Virus record (IMG/VR): IMGVR_UViG_3300045999_011735
Coordinates: 32,001-96,000 of that record
DNA from: a virus
DNA: 64,000 nucleotides
Reading direction: 5' to 3' (one strand)
The notes below the pieces were generated by a model. It saw only the letters and a program-made list of their open reading frames with translations. It made no database searches and had not been told where the DNA came from. Of this stretch, positions 39,580-47,707 are shown one piece after another (the stretch's first letter is position 1; each line of letters begins with the position of its first letter). The translations under genes and the position numbers were made by a program.

Positions 39580-40856
39580 TCAATATTTTACAAACTTACT
39601 AAATGCCATTTTTTCACCTTCTGTTCTAGGTTTTGATTCAATTCTTACATTTACCTGTGGTTTACGTCCCCTTGGTTTTGATTGTTTTTCTTCAGGTTCT
39701 TCCCATCTCCAATTAGCTACTTTTTTACGAAATGCTACTCTAGCTCTCTCTAAACTACCATTGTCCTTAGGATAAACAGGCATCATATAAATTCAATTAA
39801 TAGTTCACCATGATACATTCTTTGTAAAGCATCTAATTTACACATGTGATCAAATGGTTTGGCTTCATTTATGTTGAGTGACCATTGAGGTACACCACCA
39901 TACTTTAAACCAGTAAAAAATCCATATTCACTAAATATAACAAATTCTTTTGAGACTCCCTTTTTACTTTTCATTGCTCTGGTACTAATCTGTTTAATTC
40001 TTCTTTTAGTGAATCTATAGTGTAACCACTATGAAACTTAGTGCTAGGATCCAATCTTTTAATTTGTTCTGCTAAGTCCTCTTTATGTCCTTCCCTGTAG
40101 AACTTATCTTCAATGGCATCAGCTAGATCATTCATTTGCTCGCTACCCCAAACTGATATTCTTAGATCATACCATTCCCATTTGGTTTTATAGTCTACGA
40201 GTGTGTAGCCTTTAGTTATTTTTCTTTTAAGATTACTTAAAGATCTATTCCTTACTCTTACTATAGAGTTATCATCACCAAATAGATGTAGAAAACGTAA
40301 TACAAATCTAGGACACCACCAAGGTCTTGCTTTGTAGTCCATAAATATAACAAGTGGTTCCATTGCTTTAAATATTGAATCATTTTCTTTCCAAGGTACT
40401 GAACCTAGATATCCATACTTCTCGTGGAAAGTTTTAGGAAAGAATACAGCTCTAACGTCATCCCAATTAACGTCTCTAGTATGAATCATTCCTTTTTTTC
40501 TACCTTTCCAAAAGGGAAGACTCTTTAGAAAATCGATTGTCCTCTCTTTGAAAGGCTTTGGTGTATAGAATTTACTCTTTTTCAAAGTCACTAAATTTAA
40601 GTCCCCACATTAACGAACACATTGCTGCTTCTCGTTTTGCTATTTTAGAGAACATTTTACAATCTTTTTTAAAATATTCTATCATCCATTTTTGCCATTC
40701 ATCATTTTGAGCTACAGTCATTGTCCATTCCTGATACCAAGCATCTTTACGTCCTACTACTTGCTCATAAGTAACGTCATGTCCTGCGATTTCAAACATT
40801 TTATTAATTATTGTTTGCACTATTTCTTCCTTTGATGGTCTTTTTTTTCGTGCCAT
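39580..40856 (-). CDS. Four hypothetical ORFs (39580-39786, 39783-39974, 39971-40591, 40572-40856)
   Basis: Overlapping start/stop codons. Confidence 0.55.
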
Positions 40857-40857
40857 A

Positions 40858-41595
40858 TTATCTTACTTTACCTGTTGTAATAACATTATCATTAATGATA
40901 AGATATTCTCCACTGGTTTCCAAAGTATCTATAAAGAAATATTTTAATCCGTTTGTTTTGCCATGAATATCTATTTGGTTTTGTGCTGTATGTCCTGCTA
41001 TTTGAATTATTTCTTTGCGTAATGTATTTCTATTAGCTGATTTTAGTGAGCGGGGTCTAATCCAGATTGGTGATTGTTCTTCATTATCACCATATGGATC
41101 TAAATAACTTATATTAGTGGCACTTCCAAAACTAAATGTTAATGGTTTATATTTAAATAATTCATTTAAATCATCAACTATAGTTTCTGTTTTCCATCCA
41201 TTAGTTCCAAATACACTATCCATAAATTTACTACTAACACCAGCATGGCTAAATAGAAAATCATCAAATTGATATGCCATTTGTAAATGTTCTCTATTAG
41301 CATCTAATACAGGACGAATTTGATAACTAAACATTGCTTGATAACCAGATGTGCCTGTATCACCTACTTCAGGGAAATAATGATGATCGTGATTACCAAT
41401 CAACATTATAACTTCCTTACCACTTGTTTTTTTATACTCAATGATATCAAGGAAATTATTTAATTGTTCTTCTCCCTTAATGTTAAATGAATCGAAATAG
41501 TCACCAATGAATATAACCCTATCAGGATTATCTTGATGTACTGCTAATTTCCAGTTAGAGCGGCCATGTGTATCACCTAACACTATTGTTTTCAT
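40858..41595 (-). CDS. Metallophosphoesterase (calcineurin-like)
   Basis: GDTHG, GDYFD, GNHD, SHAG, GHT. Confidence 0.9.
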   Translation of the reverse strand: MKTIVLGDTHGRSNWKLAVHQDNPDRVIFIGDYFDSFNIKGEEQLNNFLDIIEYKKTSGKEVIMLIGNHDHHYFPEVGDTGTSGYQAMFSYQIRPVLDANREHLQMAYQFDDFLFSHAGVSSKFMDSVFGTNGWKTETIVDDLNELFKYKPLTFSFGSATNISYLDPYGDNEEQSPIWIRPRSLKSANRNTLRKEIIQIAGHTAQNQIDIHGKTNGLKYFFIDTLETSGEYLIINDNVITTGKVR

Positions 41596-41623
41596 AACCT
41601 TAATTTAATTAATTAGTTTGAGT

Positions 41624-41860
41624 TTACCAAACTTTCCACCAAGGCTTTTTAGGTGGTGGTGGAGGTGTTTGCTTTGGATCTGTTACTTTAAGAACACGGT
41701 CCAAGAATAAGGAAGCGTTTTTATGTATTATGTGTTTATTCTGTTCATTTAAACCAGATATGTTTATATTGATTTGAACAGGAACTTGAACCTTAGATGC
41801 TTCAAACGTAGTTTGAATTATAAAGTATTCTTTACCATTTCGTGTAACAAAGTGCATCAT
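41624..41860 (-). CDS. Hypothetical protein ending KKPWWKVW
   Basis: Preceded by ATATTTAT; amphipathic C-terminal membrane motif. Confidence 0.5.
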   Translation of the reverse strand: MMHFVTRNGKEYFIIQTTFEASKVQVPVQININISGLNEQNKHIIHKNASLFLDRVLKVTDPKQTPPPPPKKPWWKVW

Positions 41861-41880
41861 ATTAATAAATATAACACTTT

Positions 41881-42531
41881 TTACAGGTTGAATGCTTCAA
41901 TTGTTTCTTTAAATGGATTACCTTCTATTTGCTTAACTAAATCGAGCATATCTTGAGCTAGTTGTCTTACTTCAACTTGAGCATGCTCGCTATTTCTTAA
42001 TTGTTGGAAATGATAAAACGAACGCCAGTTAAACATTACATCCATTGTAATTTGACTATTGAATGTTTTAAAGAAGCGAGCTGATTCCTTAGCACGTTTA
42101 CGGCCTAATACTGGTGTTAGATCTTCTAAACACTTGTGGTATAATTGATTGCCATACCTAGTATATTCATCTAATATATCAGCCCAATTTTTTCTTTGTA
42201 GATGTTCCATACTGCAAGGAATATCAGGCCAATCATTAGGAATATAGTATTTATCTTCTTTCAATTCCTTATAACGAGCGCTCTCACCATTAACTGAAAC
42301 ACCAATACGATGTTTAATTAAATGGATATGAGTTGCTTGATCCACTGTTACTAGAAAATGTAATGATGATTTTTCAAATGGTGTATGATGTCCTTCACTT
42401 GCTAACATTTTAAGTAGCTTACCTACCCTAGCTTTCTTCTCATCAGTAATATCTCTAGATGTTGATGTCCAAGCTGATTGGGCATGTATTAGATCTGAAC
42501 CGTAATGTCCTAATAATTCTACTTTATTCAT
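41881..42531 (-). CDS. thyX: FAD-dependent thymidylate synthase
   Basis: GHHTPFE, KHR..S.NGESARY, ESARF, NWRS..HF..LR...HAQ.EVR. Confidence 0.92.
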   Translation of the reverse strand: MNKVELLGHYGSDLIHAQSAWTSTSRDITDEKKARVGKLLKMLASEGHHTPFEKSSLHFLVTVDQATHIHLIKHRIGVSVNGESARYKELKEDKYYIPNDWPDIPCSMEHLQRKNWADILDEYTRYGNQLYHKCLEDLTPVLGRKRAKESARFFKTFNSQITMDVMFNWRSFYHFQQLRNSEHAQVEVRQLAQDMLDLVKQIEGNPFKETIEAFNL

Positions 42532-43180
42532 CTATAACAAATTTTTCATGGTGATCAGAAGGTAATATACTTGCTTTAATTGGTCTAGTTTCAAGTAATG
42601 ATATTACTTCTTTTAATTCATATGGTTTTAAATTATTTCCATCTATTCCAACATCCATTGCTCTACCAGGCATTAATTTTTTGTTACCTCGTAAGTGAAC
42701 ATGTCCAAATAAATGGAAACGACCTTTATTCATATCATGCCAACTACAAATGGGATAATGTGATAACACAAAATCATATTCTAAATCATCACTGTTATCA
42801 TCAATTACTCTTAATACTTTATATTGTTCTACATCTACAAACAATGATCTAATATCATCTTTATTTCGTTCAATATGATGATCATGATTACCTAAAATTA
42901 GGTAAATGTTTTGACATGTTAATCTATGTTTAAATTCACTAATAGATTCAAACCCACCAAATGACCAATCACCCAAATGAATTAATATATCGTCTTGTCC
43001 TACTGTATTGTTAATGTTGTTAATAATAGTATCATTCATCTTAGCTAATGTAGAAAAGTCCCTAGTGTGACCATCAGCATGAGTCCAACTTGTAACTCCA
43101 CGACAGATATTCTTATGATTATAGTGAGTATCTGATGTGAAGAATAATTTTTGGTGAGGTTTTAAATTAATAATCCACAT
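42524..43180 (-). CDS. Metallophosphoesterase (phage type)
   Basis: FTSDTHYNH, HLGD, GNHD, LSHYP, HLFGHVH, DVGID. Confidence 0.9.
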   Translation of the reverse strand: MWIINLKPHQKLFFTSDTHYNHKNICRGVTSWTHADGHTRDFSTLAKMNDTIINNINNTVGQDDILIHLGDWSFGGFESISEFKHRLTCQNIYLILGNHDHHIERNKDDIRSLFVDVEQYKVLRVIDDNSDDLEYDFVLSHYPICSWHDMNKGRFHLFGHVHLRGNKKLMPGRAMDVGIDGNNLKPYELKEVISLLETRPIKASILPSDHHEKFVIDE

Positions 43181-43323
43181 AAGTTAAAATATATCATTGT
43201 GATCTTTTTCATCCCAATTTAACCAGTCTTCACCTTTATAGTCAGGGTGATTTTTATGCATGTTGTCAATTCCTTCCACCCATGCCCAAGATAGAAATAT
43301 CAATCCACCTATAAAGCCAAGTA

Positions 43324-43686
43324 TTAGTCCCACCATCCTTCAATATGTTTATCAAGTAATTTAAATAATAATTGACGTGCTTTTTTCTGTTTATTATAAG
43401 CAGTATCTATTTTTTCTTTAGTTAATTCATTTTCATTGATTAATATTTCCATATAAGCTTCATTCTGCACCTTTTCAATCAACCTAACACACAACATGAT
43501 TCTATCTGCATCATAATTAGAATTAACATGGTAACCATACTTACGAGTATGTTCGGCAGTAAATATAAGTTTATGTTTTAATATTTCAAAAATGTGATAA
43601 TAATCCCATTGTTCGTCCTTCCAAATAATAGGCAACCAACGAAATAGATTTTTAGTTCGTCTTATGATTCGCTTTATGCGCCACAT
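43324..43686 (-). CDS. Conserved phage hypothetical protein
   Basis: WLPIIWKDEQWD...IEGWWD. Confidence 0.6.
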   Translation of the reverse strand: MWRIKRIIRRTKNLFRWLPIIWKDEQWDYYHIFEILKHKLIFTAEHTRKYGYHVNSNYDADRIMLCVRLIEKVQNEAYMEILINENELTKEKIDTAYNKQKKARQLLFKLLDKHIEGWWD

Positions 43687-43981
43687 TTTTTAACTTTCTT
43701 TTTAAAAGTAAGCTGTATATTTTTTCTTTGTAATTGGTTACTTTAGTCATAGCTACCCATTTACCAACTACACTTCCAGCTATGTATACTATAATTACTG
43801 ACCAATTACCTTTAAATAAACTATCAATAGCAAAGTAAACTGAACCTAAAGACACTAAATTAATCCAAATTGAATTGATCATTAGTTCTTTTACTTTGTG
43901 TTCATAGGTATACTTTATTTCTAAAGTTTTGAACACGTTAAATAGGACTTGAAAAATAAATACTAATAGATAGATCTTCAT
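43652..43981 (-). CDS. Membrane protein (3 TM)
   Basis: Hydrophobic helices; own promoter at 43985-44012. Confidence 0.55.
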   Translation of the reverse strand: MKIYLLVFIFQVLFNVFKTLEIKYTYEHKVKELMINSIWINLVSLGSVYFAIDSLFKGNWSVIIVYIAGSVVGKWVAMTKVTNYKEKIYSLLLKRKLKNVAHKANHKTN

Positions 43982-44008
43982 ATAGTGAAGATACTAAAGG
44001 TTTTCGGG

Positions 44009-44959
44009 TTATCCAAGAGGATCTGTAAAGAATCTATAGAATGATTTTAATTCACTGTTAGATTCAAGTAATCCAGGCCATACACTAGATTCTTCTTGAT
44101 AGAATGTATTAAATGTCCAATCTTTAAACCATTCAGGATGTTTAACATGGATATAACCCATTAATTCTTGTTCTGTACAGGCATAATTATGCTCAGGTAG
44201 ATCAAGGATTCTATTTGCTAATTCTGTAAAAGCATCTATATAATTTTTTAAATATGGTGTTTTACCTCCGAACATAGCACCAACAGGGAATTTGTTTGAT
44301 CTTACTATGTCATCATAAACATCTTCTCCTATCTTTTCTGAAAGTAATCTATAATCATTGTCCATTGTATCTTGTCTACACATACAGAGTATTTTATCCC
44401 TAACAAATGTATTAATTTTTTCCATTGTTTGAGGATTAAATGCTTTGTCAAAAACAAAGAATTTATATTCCTGTTCACGATCATGATTAAATCTAGTTTC
44501 AAATCCTTCTTCATCTTTATATTTACATAAAACATAAGGAAGCAAAGAACCAGTAGACAAACCAGCATCTATCCAATAAACATACTTAGTTTCATCATAT
44601 TCTAAATTTAGAAAATGCCATTTTAACCAATATATTGCAATTGGTAAAGTATAAAATGGATGAAACTCGTTATTGTATAGTTCTGGGTTATTTATTCTAT
44701 TTCTATAAATTCTATCATGGAATGGGCTTGTTGTTAAATCAAATAACTTAATTGTTAAGTTGGTTAAGTTATGTTTTTCTTTGATAGATAATAAATAATC
44801 AAATCCTTTATCACCAGCATCTGTATAACAAACAACTTCAGCACCTAAACCACAAATTGATGTGATTGAATAGGCATACCATTCAAATCTATTTAATTTA
44901 CCCCAAAATGGAGGACCAGCATGTGCAGCGAAAAATGTTGTAACTAATTTAGTAGGCAT
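44009..44959 (-). CDS. HtrL/YibB-like putative glycosyltransferase (start corrected to MPTKLVT)
   Basis: KLVT, YVYWIDAGL, GAMFGG, TEQELM; the longer ORF would overlap a tRNA-like gene. Confidence 0.55.
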   Translation of the reverse strand: MPTKLVTTFFAAHAGPPFWGKLNRFEWYAYSITSICGLGAEVVCYTDAGDKGFDYLLSIKEKHNLTNLTIKLFDLTTSPFHDRIYRNRINNPELYNNEFHPFYTLPIAIYWLKWHFLNLEYDETKYVYWIDAGLSTGSLLPYVLCKYKDEEGFETRFNHDREQEYKFFVFDKAFNPQTMEKINTFVRDKILCMCRQDTMDNDYRLLSEKIGEDVYDDIVRSNKFPVGAMFGGKTPYLKNYIDAFTELANRILDLPEHNYACTEQELMGYIHVKHPEWFKDWTFNTFYQEESSVWPGLLESNSELKSFYRFFTDPLG

Positions 44960-44980
44960 TATAACGTTTATAATAAATAT

Positions 44981-45093
44981 TGGTTGCGGAGAGAGGACTT
45001 GAACCTCCACGCTGCTCAAAGCAGCAGACGCTTGTTTCGCGCCTCATGTCTACCATCGGTAGTCGTACGCCTACTCGCTTTCACCACTCCGCA
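44981..45093 (-). tRNA. Aberrant type II (Leu-like) tRNA with D-loop hairpin insertion and non-canonical anticodon loop
   Basis: TGCGGAG/CTCCGCA+A+CCA, T arm GGAGG-TTCAAGT-CCTCT, variable arm GCTGC/GCAGC, loop GAAACAA without U33. Confidence 0.7.
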
Positions 45094-45107
45094 CATTTAA
45101 TCATAAG

Positions 45108-45193
45108 TACCTGAGGCCGGAGTCGAACCGGCACGGGCATTTCTGCCCAAGAGATTTTAAGTCTCTCTTGTCTACCTATTTCAACACTCAGGT
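45108..45193 (-). tRNA. tRNA-Leu(TAA)
   Basis: AGAGA-CTTAAAA-TCTCT anticodon arm, long variable arm, TTCGACT. Confidence 0.95.
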
Positions 45194-45235
45194 ATAAGTT
45201 AAAGGTAAGAACTTTAACTTTGGTTTCCACTTTTG

Positions 45236-45307
45236 TAGTCCCGACAAGAATCGAACTTGTATTCTCTGCTTAGAAGGCAGATGTTCTATCCGTTGAACTA
45301 CAGGACC
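45236..45307 (-). tRNA. tRNA-Arg(TCT)
   Basis: TCTGC-CTTCTAA-GCAGA; full cloverleaf. Confidence 0.95.
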
Positions 45308-45327
45308 TTATTTCCGAAGCTCCATAG

Positions 45328-45401
45328 TTGACCCTACAGGAATTGAACCTGTGACCTACTGATTATGAGTCAGTTGCTCTAACCAATTGAGCTAAGGGTC
45401 A
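45328..45401 (-). tRNA. tRNA-CAT (Ile2-like; Met possible)
   Basis: ACTGA-CTCATAA-TCAGT; full cloverleaf. Confidence 0.9.
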
Positions 45402-45406
45402 ATTTG

Positions 45407-45477
45407 ATGTTCCTCTAGGATTCGAACCTAGACTAAGTGGACCAAAACCACTTGTGCTACCGTTACACCAAAGAACA
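45407..45477 (-). tRNA. tRNA-Gln(TTG)
   Basis: AGTGG-TTTTGGT-CCACT; full cloverleaf. Confidence 0.95.
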
Positions 45478-45480
45478 TTT

Positions 45481-45557
45481 TGAGGAAAGCAGTAGATGGG
45501 TGCGTGGACAACTGCTTTTATGATTAGCTTTACTAACCTAAGTCCTAATCAACCTCA
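45481..45557 (-). ncRNA. Putative 77-nt three-way-junction RNA within the tRNA array
   Basis: TGAGG/CCTCA, TGATTAG/CTAATCA, AAAGCAGT/ACTGCTTT. Confidence 0.55.
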
Positions 45558-45592
45558 GTGGCGTCAATGCTTGTTTTAGCACCGTCTTCAGG

Positions 45593-45664
45593 TACTCTGT
45601 AGGGGATTCGAACCCCTATTACCTCCGTGAAAGGGAGGTGAACTAACCCTTATTCGAACAGAGC
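45593..45664 (-). tRNA. tRNA-Glu(TTC)
   Basis: CCTCC-CTTTCAC-GGAGG; full cloverleaf. Confidence 0.95.
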
Positions 45665-45669
45665 ATCTG

Positions 45670-45743
45670 TCGGGGAAGCAGGATTCGAACCTACGACCTC
45701 TTGGTCCCAAACCAAGCATACTACCGGACTGTACTATTCCCCG
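45670..45743 (-). tRNA. tRNA-Pro(TGG)
   Basis: CGGGGAA acceptor, CTTGG-TTTGGGA-CCAAG. Confidence 0.95.
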
Positions 45744-45781
45744 ATTCATGAATTAAAGATACAAATTTTATTTTAGGTTTC

Positions 45782-45813
45782 AAAAAAAAAGCCTTGACTT
45801 TTCAGCCAAGGCT
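45782..45813 (-). terminator. Intrinsic terminator after the lipoprotein gene
   Basis: AGCCTTGG-N8-TCAAGGCT followed by T8. Confidence 0.85.
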
Positions 45814-45835
45814 CTTTAGTGCTTTGATCTGTAGA

Positions 45836-46009
45836 TTATTTTACTCCAACAGCAGGTGTAGAAGCAGTAGTATCAACAGCTACAGCTGTAGTATCTACGG
45901 TTACAGAATCAACTTTGGTTGAATCAACAGTTGTAGCAGTTCCTTCACTTGAATTGTTACAAGCAGCGAACATAATAACAGCTGCGATTGCAATCATTGT
46001 TTTTTTCAT
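45836..46009 (-). CDS. Small Bacteroidota-type lipoprotein (57 aa)
   Basis: MKKTMIAIAAVIMFAA-C-NNS...DSTKVDSVTVDTTAVAVDTT; own promoter and terminator; not in the ORF track. Confidence 0.8.
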   Translation of the reverse strand: MKKTMIAIAAVIMFAACNNSSEGTATTVDSTKVDSVTVDTTAVAVDTTASTPAVGVK

Positions 46010-46086
46010 CTTTTTTCGTTTTTGTTAAAAAATTTAAGCGACCATAAATATATGGTTACTTATTTGGGTTTCCAAATTTAATTTAG

Positions 46087-46470
46087 TGGAGGAGACGGGA
46101 ATCGAACCCGTGTATCCATAAGGAACAATAACACCAGCGTATCACATGCTTAGATCTGCAAGCTGATCAGTAATTGGGGACGCTAGTTTTGGTTAGCGTG
46201 CCTACCACCACCTAATTTTATGAAACTAGGAAAACTAGAGCTATAATACTGAGACTATAGCGGGGTTGCTGTTCTGTTGCAAGGCTATCAGCTGCCCCTT
46301 GCGGATTAGGCTGCTACAGCGTAATCGGCACCTACGAACGCCATTAAGTCGTCGAAGGTCATTGTTGACATTTCGTCATTTATTGGTTGAAAATTTGTTT
46401 AAAGACGACATATCCAAACGTCTGCATGTAGTGGTACCTTCACATTACGGAGCAATACCTGGACTCCCCC
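46087..46470 (-). ncRNA. ssrA: tmRNA; tag (A)DEMSTMTFDDLMAFVGADYAVAA* at 46377-46306
   Basis: GGGGGAG/CTCCTCC acceptor with G3-U wobble and A discriminator, T arm ACGGG-TTCGATT-CCCGT, ATAAAT-GAC resume site, YAVAA-stop. Confidence 0.92.
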
Positions 46471-46498
46471 ATATTTTAAAGAACTAATAATAAATATA

Positions 46499-46891
46499 CT
46501 AAAGATTCTTTATGGTTCCAATTAAATTATCTACTGCTTCTTTCTTTCGTTTACGAGTAGTTTTTTTAGGAAGACCATTTATAATTTTTTCTTTTGCCTT
46601 AACTAATTCGGCACATAACTCATATTCTTCAAGTTCAATAAGAAGATCTAAATTTTTTTCTAGATTTTCTAAAAAATTAGTTTCTTCAACATTCAAACAA
46701 ACTATTTCCTTCGACTTAGGAATTATAATTTCAGCAAATACTGTTTTTGATTTTCCAAATTTAATACAGTGTATAATAGCTTCAACTATTTTTACAGCAA
46801 ATTCATATCTATAATCTTCAAATACTGTTTTAGGAGCATTTGTTCTTATAGATAAAGGTTCAAAAATGGTAATATTTGCTTTAGTTGCCAT
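46499..46891 (-). CDS. Hypothetical protein with UVR-like E.YE.CA motif
   Basis: LEEYELCAELVKAKE. Confidence 0.55.
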   Translation of the reverse strand: MATKANITIFEPLSIRTNAPKTVFEDYRYEFAVKIVEAIIHCIKFGKSKTVFAEIIIPKSKEIVCLNVEETNFLENLEKNLDLLIELEEYELCAELVKAKEKIINGLPKKTTRKRKKEAVDNLIGTIKNL

Positions 46892-47057
46892 TATTTTCTT
46901 CTGTTGTTTTTACTTCTGGCATAGGGATAGGAGGTGGTGGATGTAACATTGCTTCATATCCTATTATGCAGTTTTCACAACATACAGTACCATTTGAGGC
47001 TGTTCGTCTTTGACAACCACAAGATAATTGGCTACCACAATTTGGGCATACTCTCAT
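46881..47057 (-). CDS. Cys-rich micro-protein (58 aa)
   Basis: MRVCPNCGSQLSCGCQRRTASNGTVCCENC...; ATATTTAT upstream; not in the ORF track. Confidence 0.65.
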   Translation of the reverse strand: MRVCPNCGSQLSCGCQRRTASNGTVCCENCIIGYEAMLHPPPPIPMPEVKTTEENNGN

Positions 47058-47084
47058 ACTGTTTTATTTGAATATAAATATTGA

Positions 47085-47279
47085 TTAATCTTCAATACTA
47101 TTGCGTAATTGTTGTTTGTATATTGCCTTTAATTTTTTACCTCGTTTTTCAACAGAAGGTTTAGTATACTCTTGTCTACTACGTAATTCTTTTACAATAC
47201 CAAGTTTATTGTGCTTGTTTTTATATTGTTTTAATGCTTGATCTATTGACTTAAAATCTTTAGTATTTACTATAATCAT
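47085..47279 (-). CDS. rpsU: Ribosomal protein bS21 (Bacteroidota type)
   Basis: SIDQALKQYK.K....GIVKELRSRQEYTKPSVEKR....KAIY. Confidence 0.88.
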   Translation of the reverse strand: MIIVNTKDFKSIDQALKQYKNKHNKLGIVKELRSRQEYTKPSVEKRGKKLKAIYKQQLRNSIED

Positions 47280-47461
47280 AGTCCTTTTTGTTTTTTCTTT
47301 AATTTAACCCAAGCAAGTTGTTCTGCTAATGAAGCACCTCGTTGATTTAAATCACTCCATTCTTCTTCACCTAATGGAGTGCGTTTTTTTCTTTTTTTTA
47401 GACTTTTATCTGCTTTTCTACTAAATTTGTCTTGTGCTTCGTCTTTAGTTTGAATAGGCAT
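47276..47461 (-). CDS. Small basic hypothetical protein
   Basis: Lys/Arg-rich; coupled to bS21. Confidence 0.5.
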   Translation of the reverse strand: MPIQTKDEAQDKFSRKADKSLKKRKKRTPLGEEEWSDLNQRGASLAEQLAWVKLKKKQKGL

Positions 47462-47466
47462 ATTAG

Positions 47467-47676
47467 TTAGTTTATTACATCTACAATTGGTGAAGTAATA
47501 GCTGCCTTAATTTCAAAGTTACGTTCGCTTCTTTCAACTAAATACTTAGTCATTTTAGCTTCAGCTTCAGTAACTGATACAGCATCAATAAGGTAATCTA
47601 CTTTTTGTCTTTTAATTTTACCTTTTTCATCTTCAAGTTGAAATTCAACTTTAACTGTGTAATACTTGTTTTCCAT
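47467..47676 (-). CDS. DUF4494-like protein (start corrected to MENKYY)
   Basis: YYTVKV...GKIKRQKVDYLIDAVSVTEAEAK. Confidence 0.75.
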   Translation of the reverse strand: MENKYYTVKVEFQLEDEKGKIKRQKVDYLIDAVSVTEAEAKMTKYLVERSERNFEIKAAITSPIVDVIN

Positions 47677-47707
47677 AATCTTGATTTTGTTTTTGTGTTT
47701 ATAAATA

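Larger units (their letters stand above)
25865..46072 (-). promoter_or_regulatory. Repeated early-type promoter AAC(C)-N12-14-TAnnTTTA (more than 20 copies)
   Basis: Copies with +strand taaaNNta start near 26474, 26848, 27152, 27436, 27809, 28039, 28207, 28616, 29645, 29892, 30423, 30971, 31420, 31990, 32308, 32816, 33874, 37740, 38597, 39522, 45200, 45755, 46046. Confidence 0.75.

Noticed and set aside
44960-45019. N-terminal extension of ORF 44009..45019
   Set aside because: Overlaps the tRNA-like gene; the ATG at 44959 follows an ATATTTAT motif.
25865-46072. Integron-like cassette array
   Set aside because: The repeats look like promoters rather than attC sites, and no integrase is in the window.
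46266-46487. Plus-strand 73-aa ORF
   Set aside because: Antisense to tmRNA.
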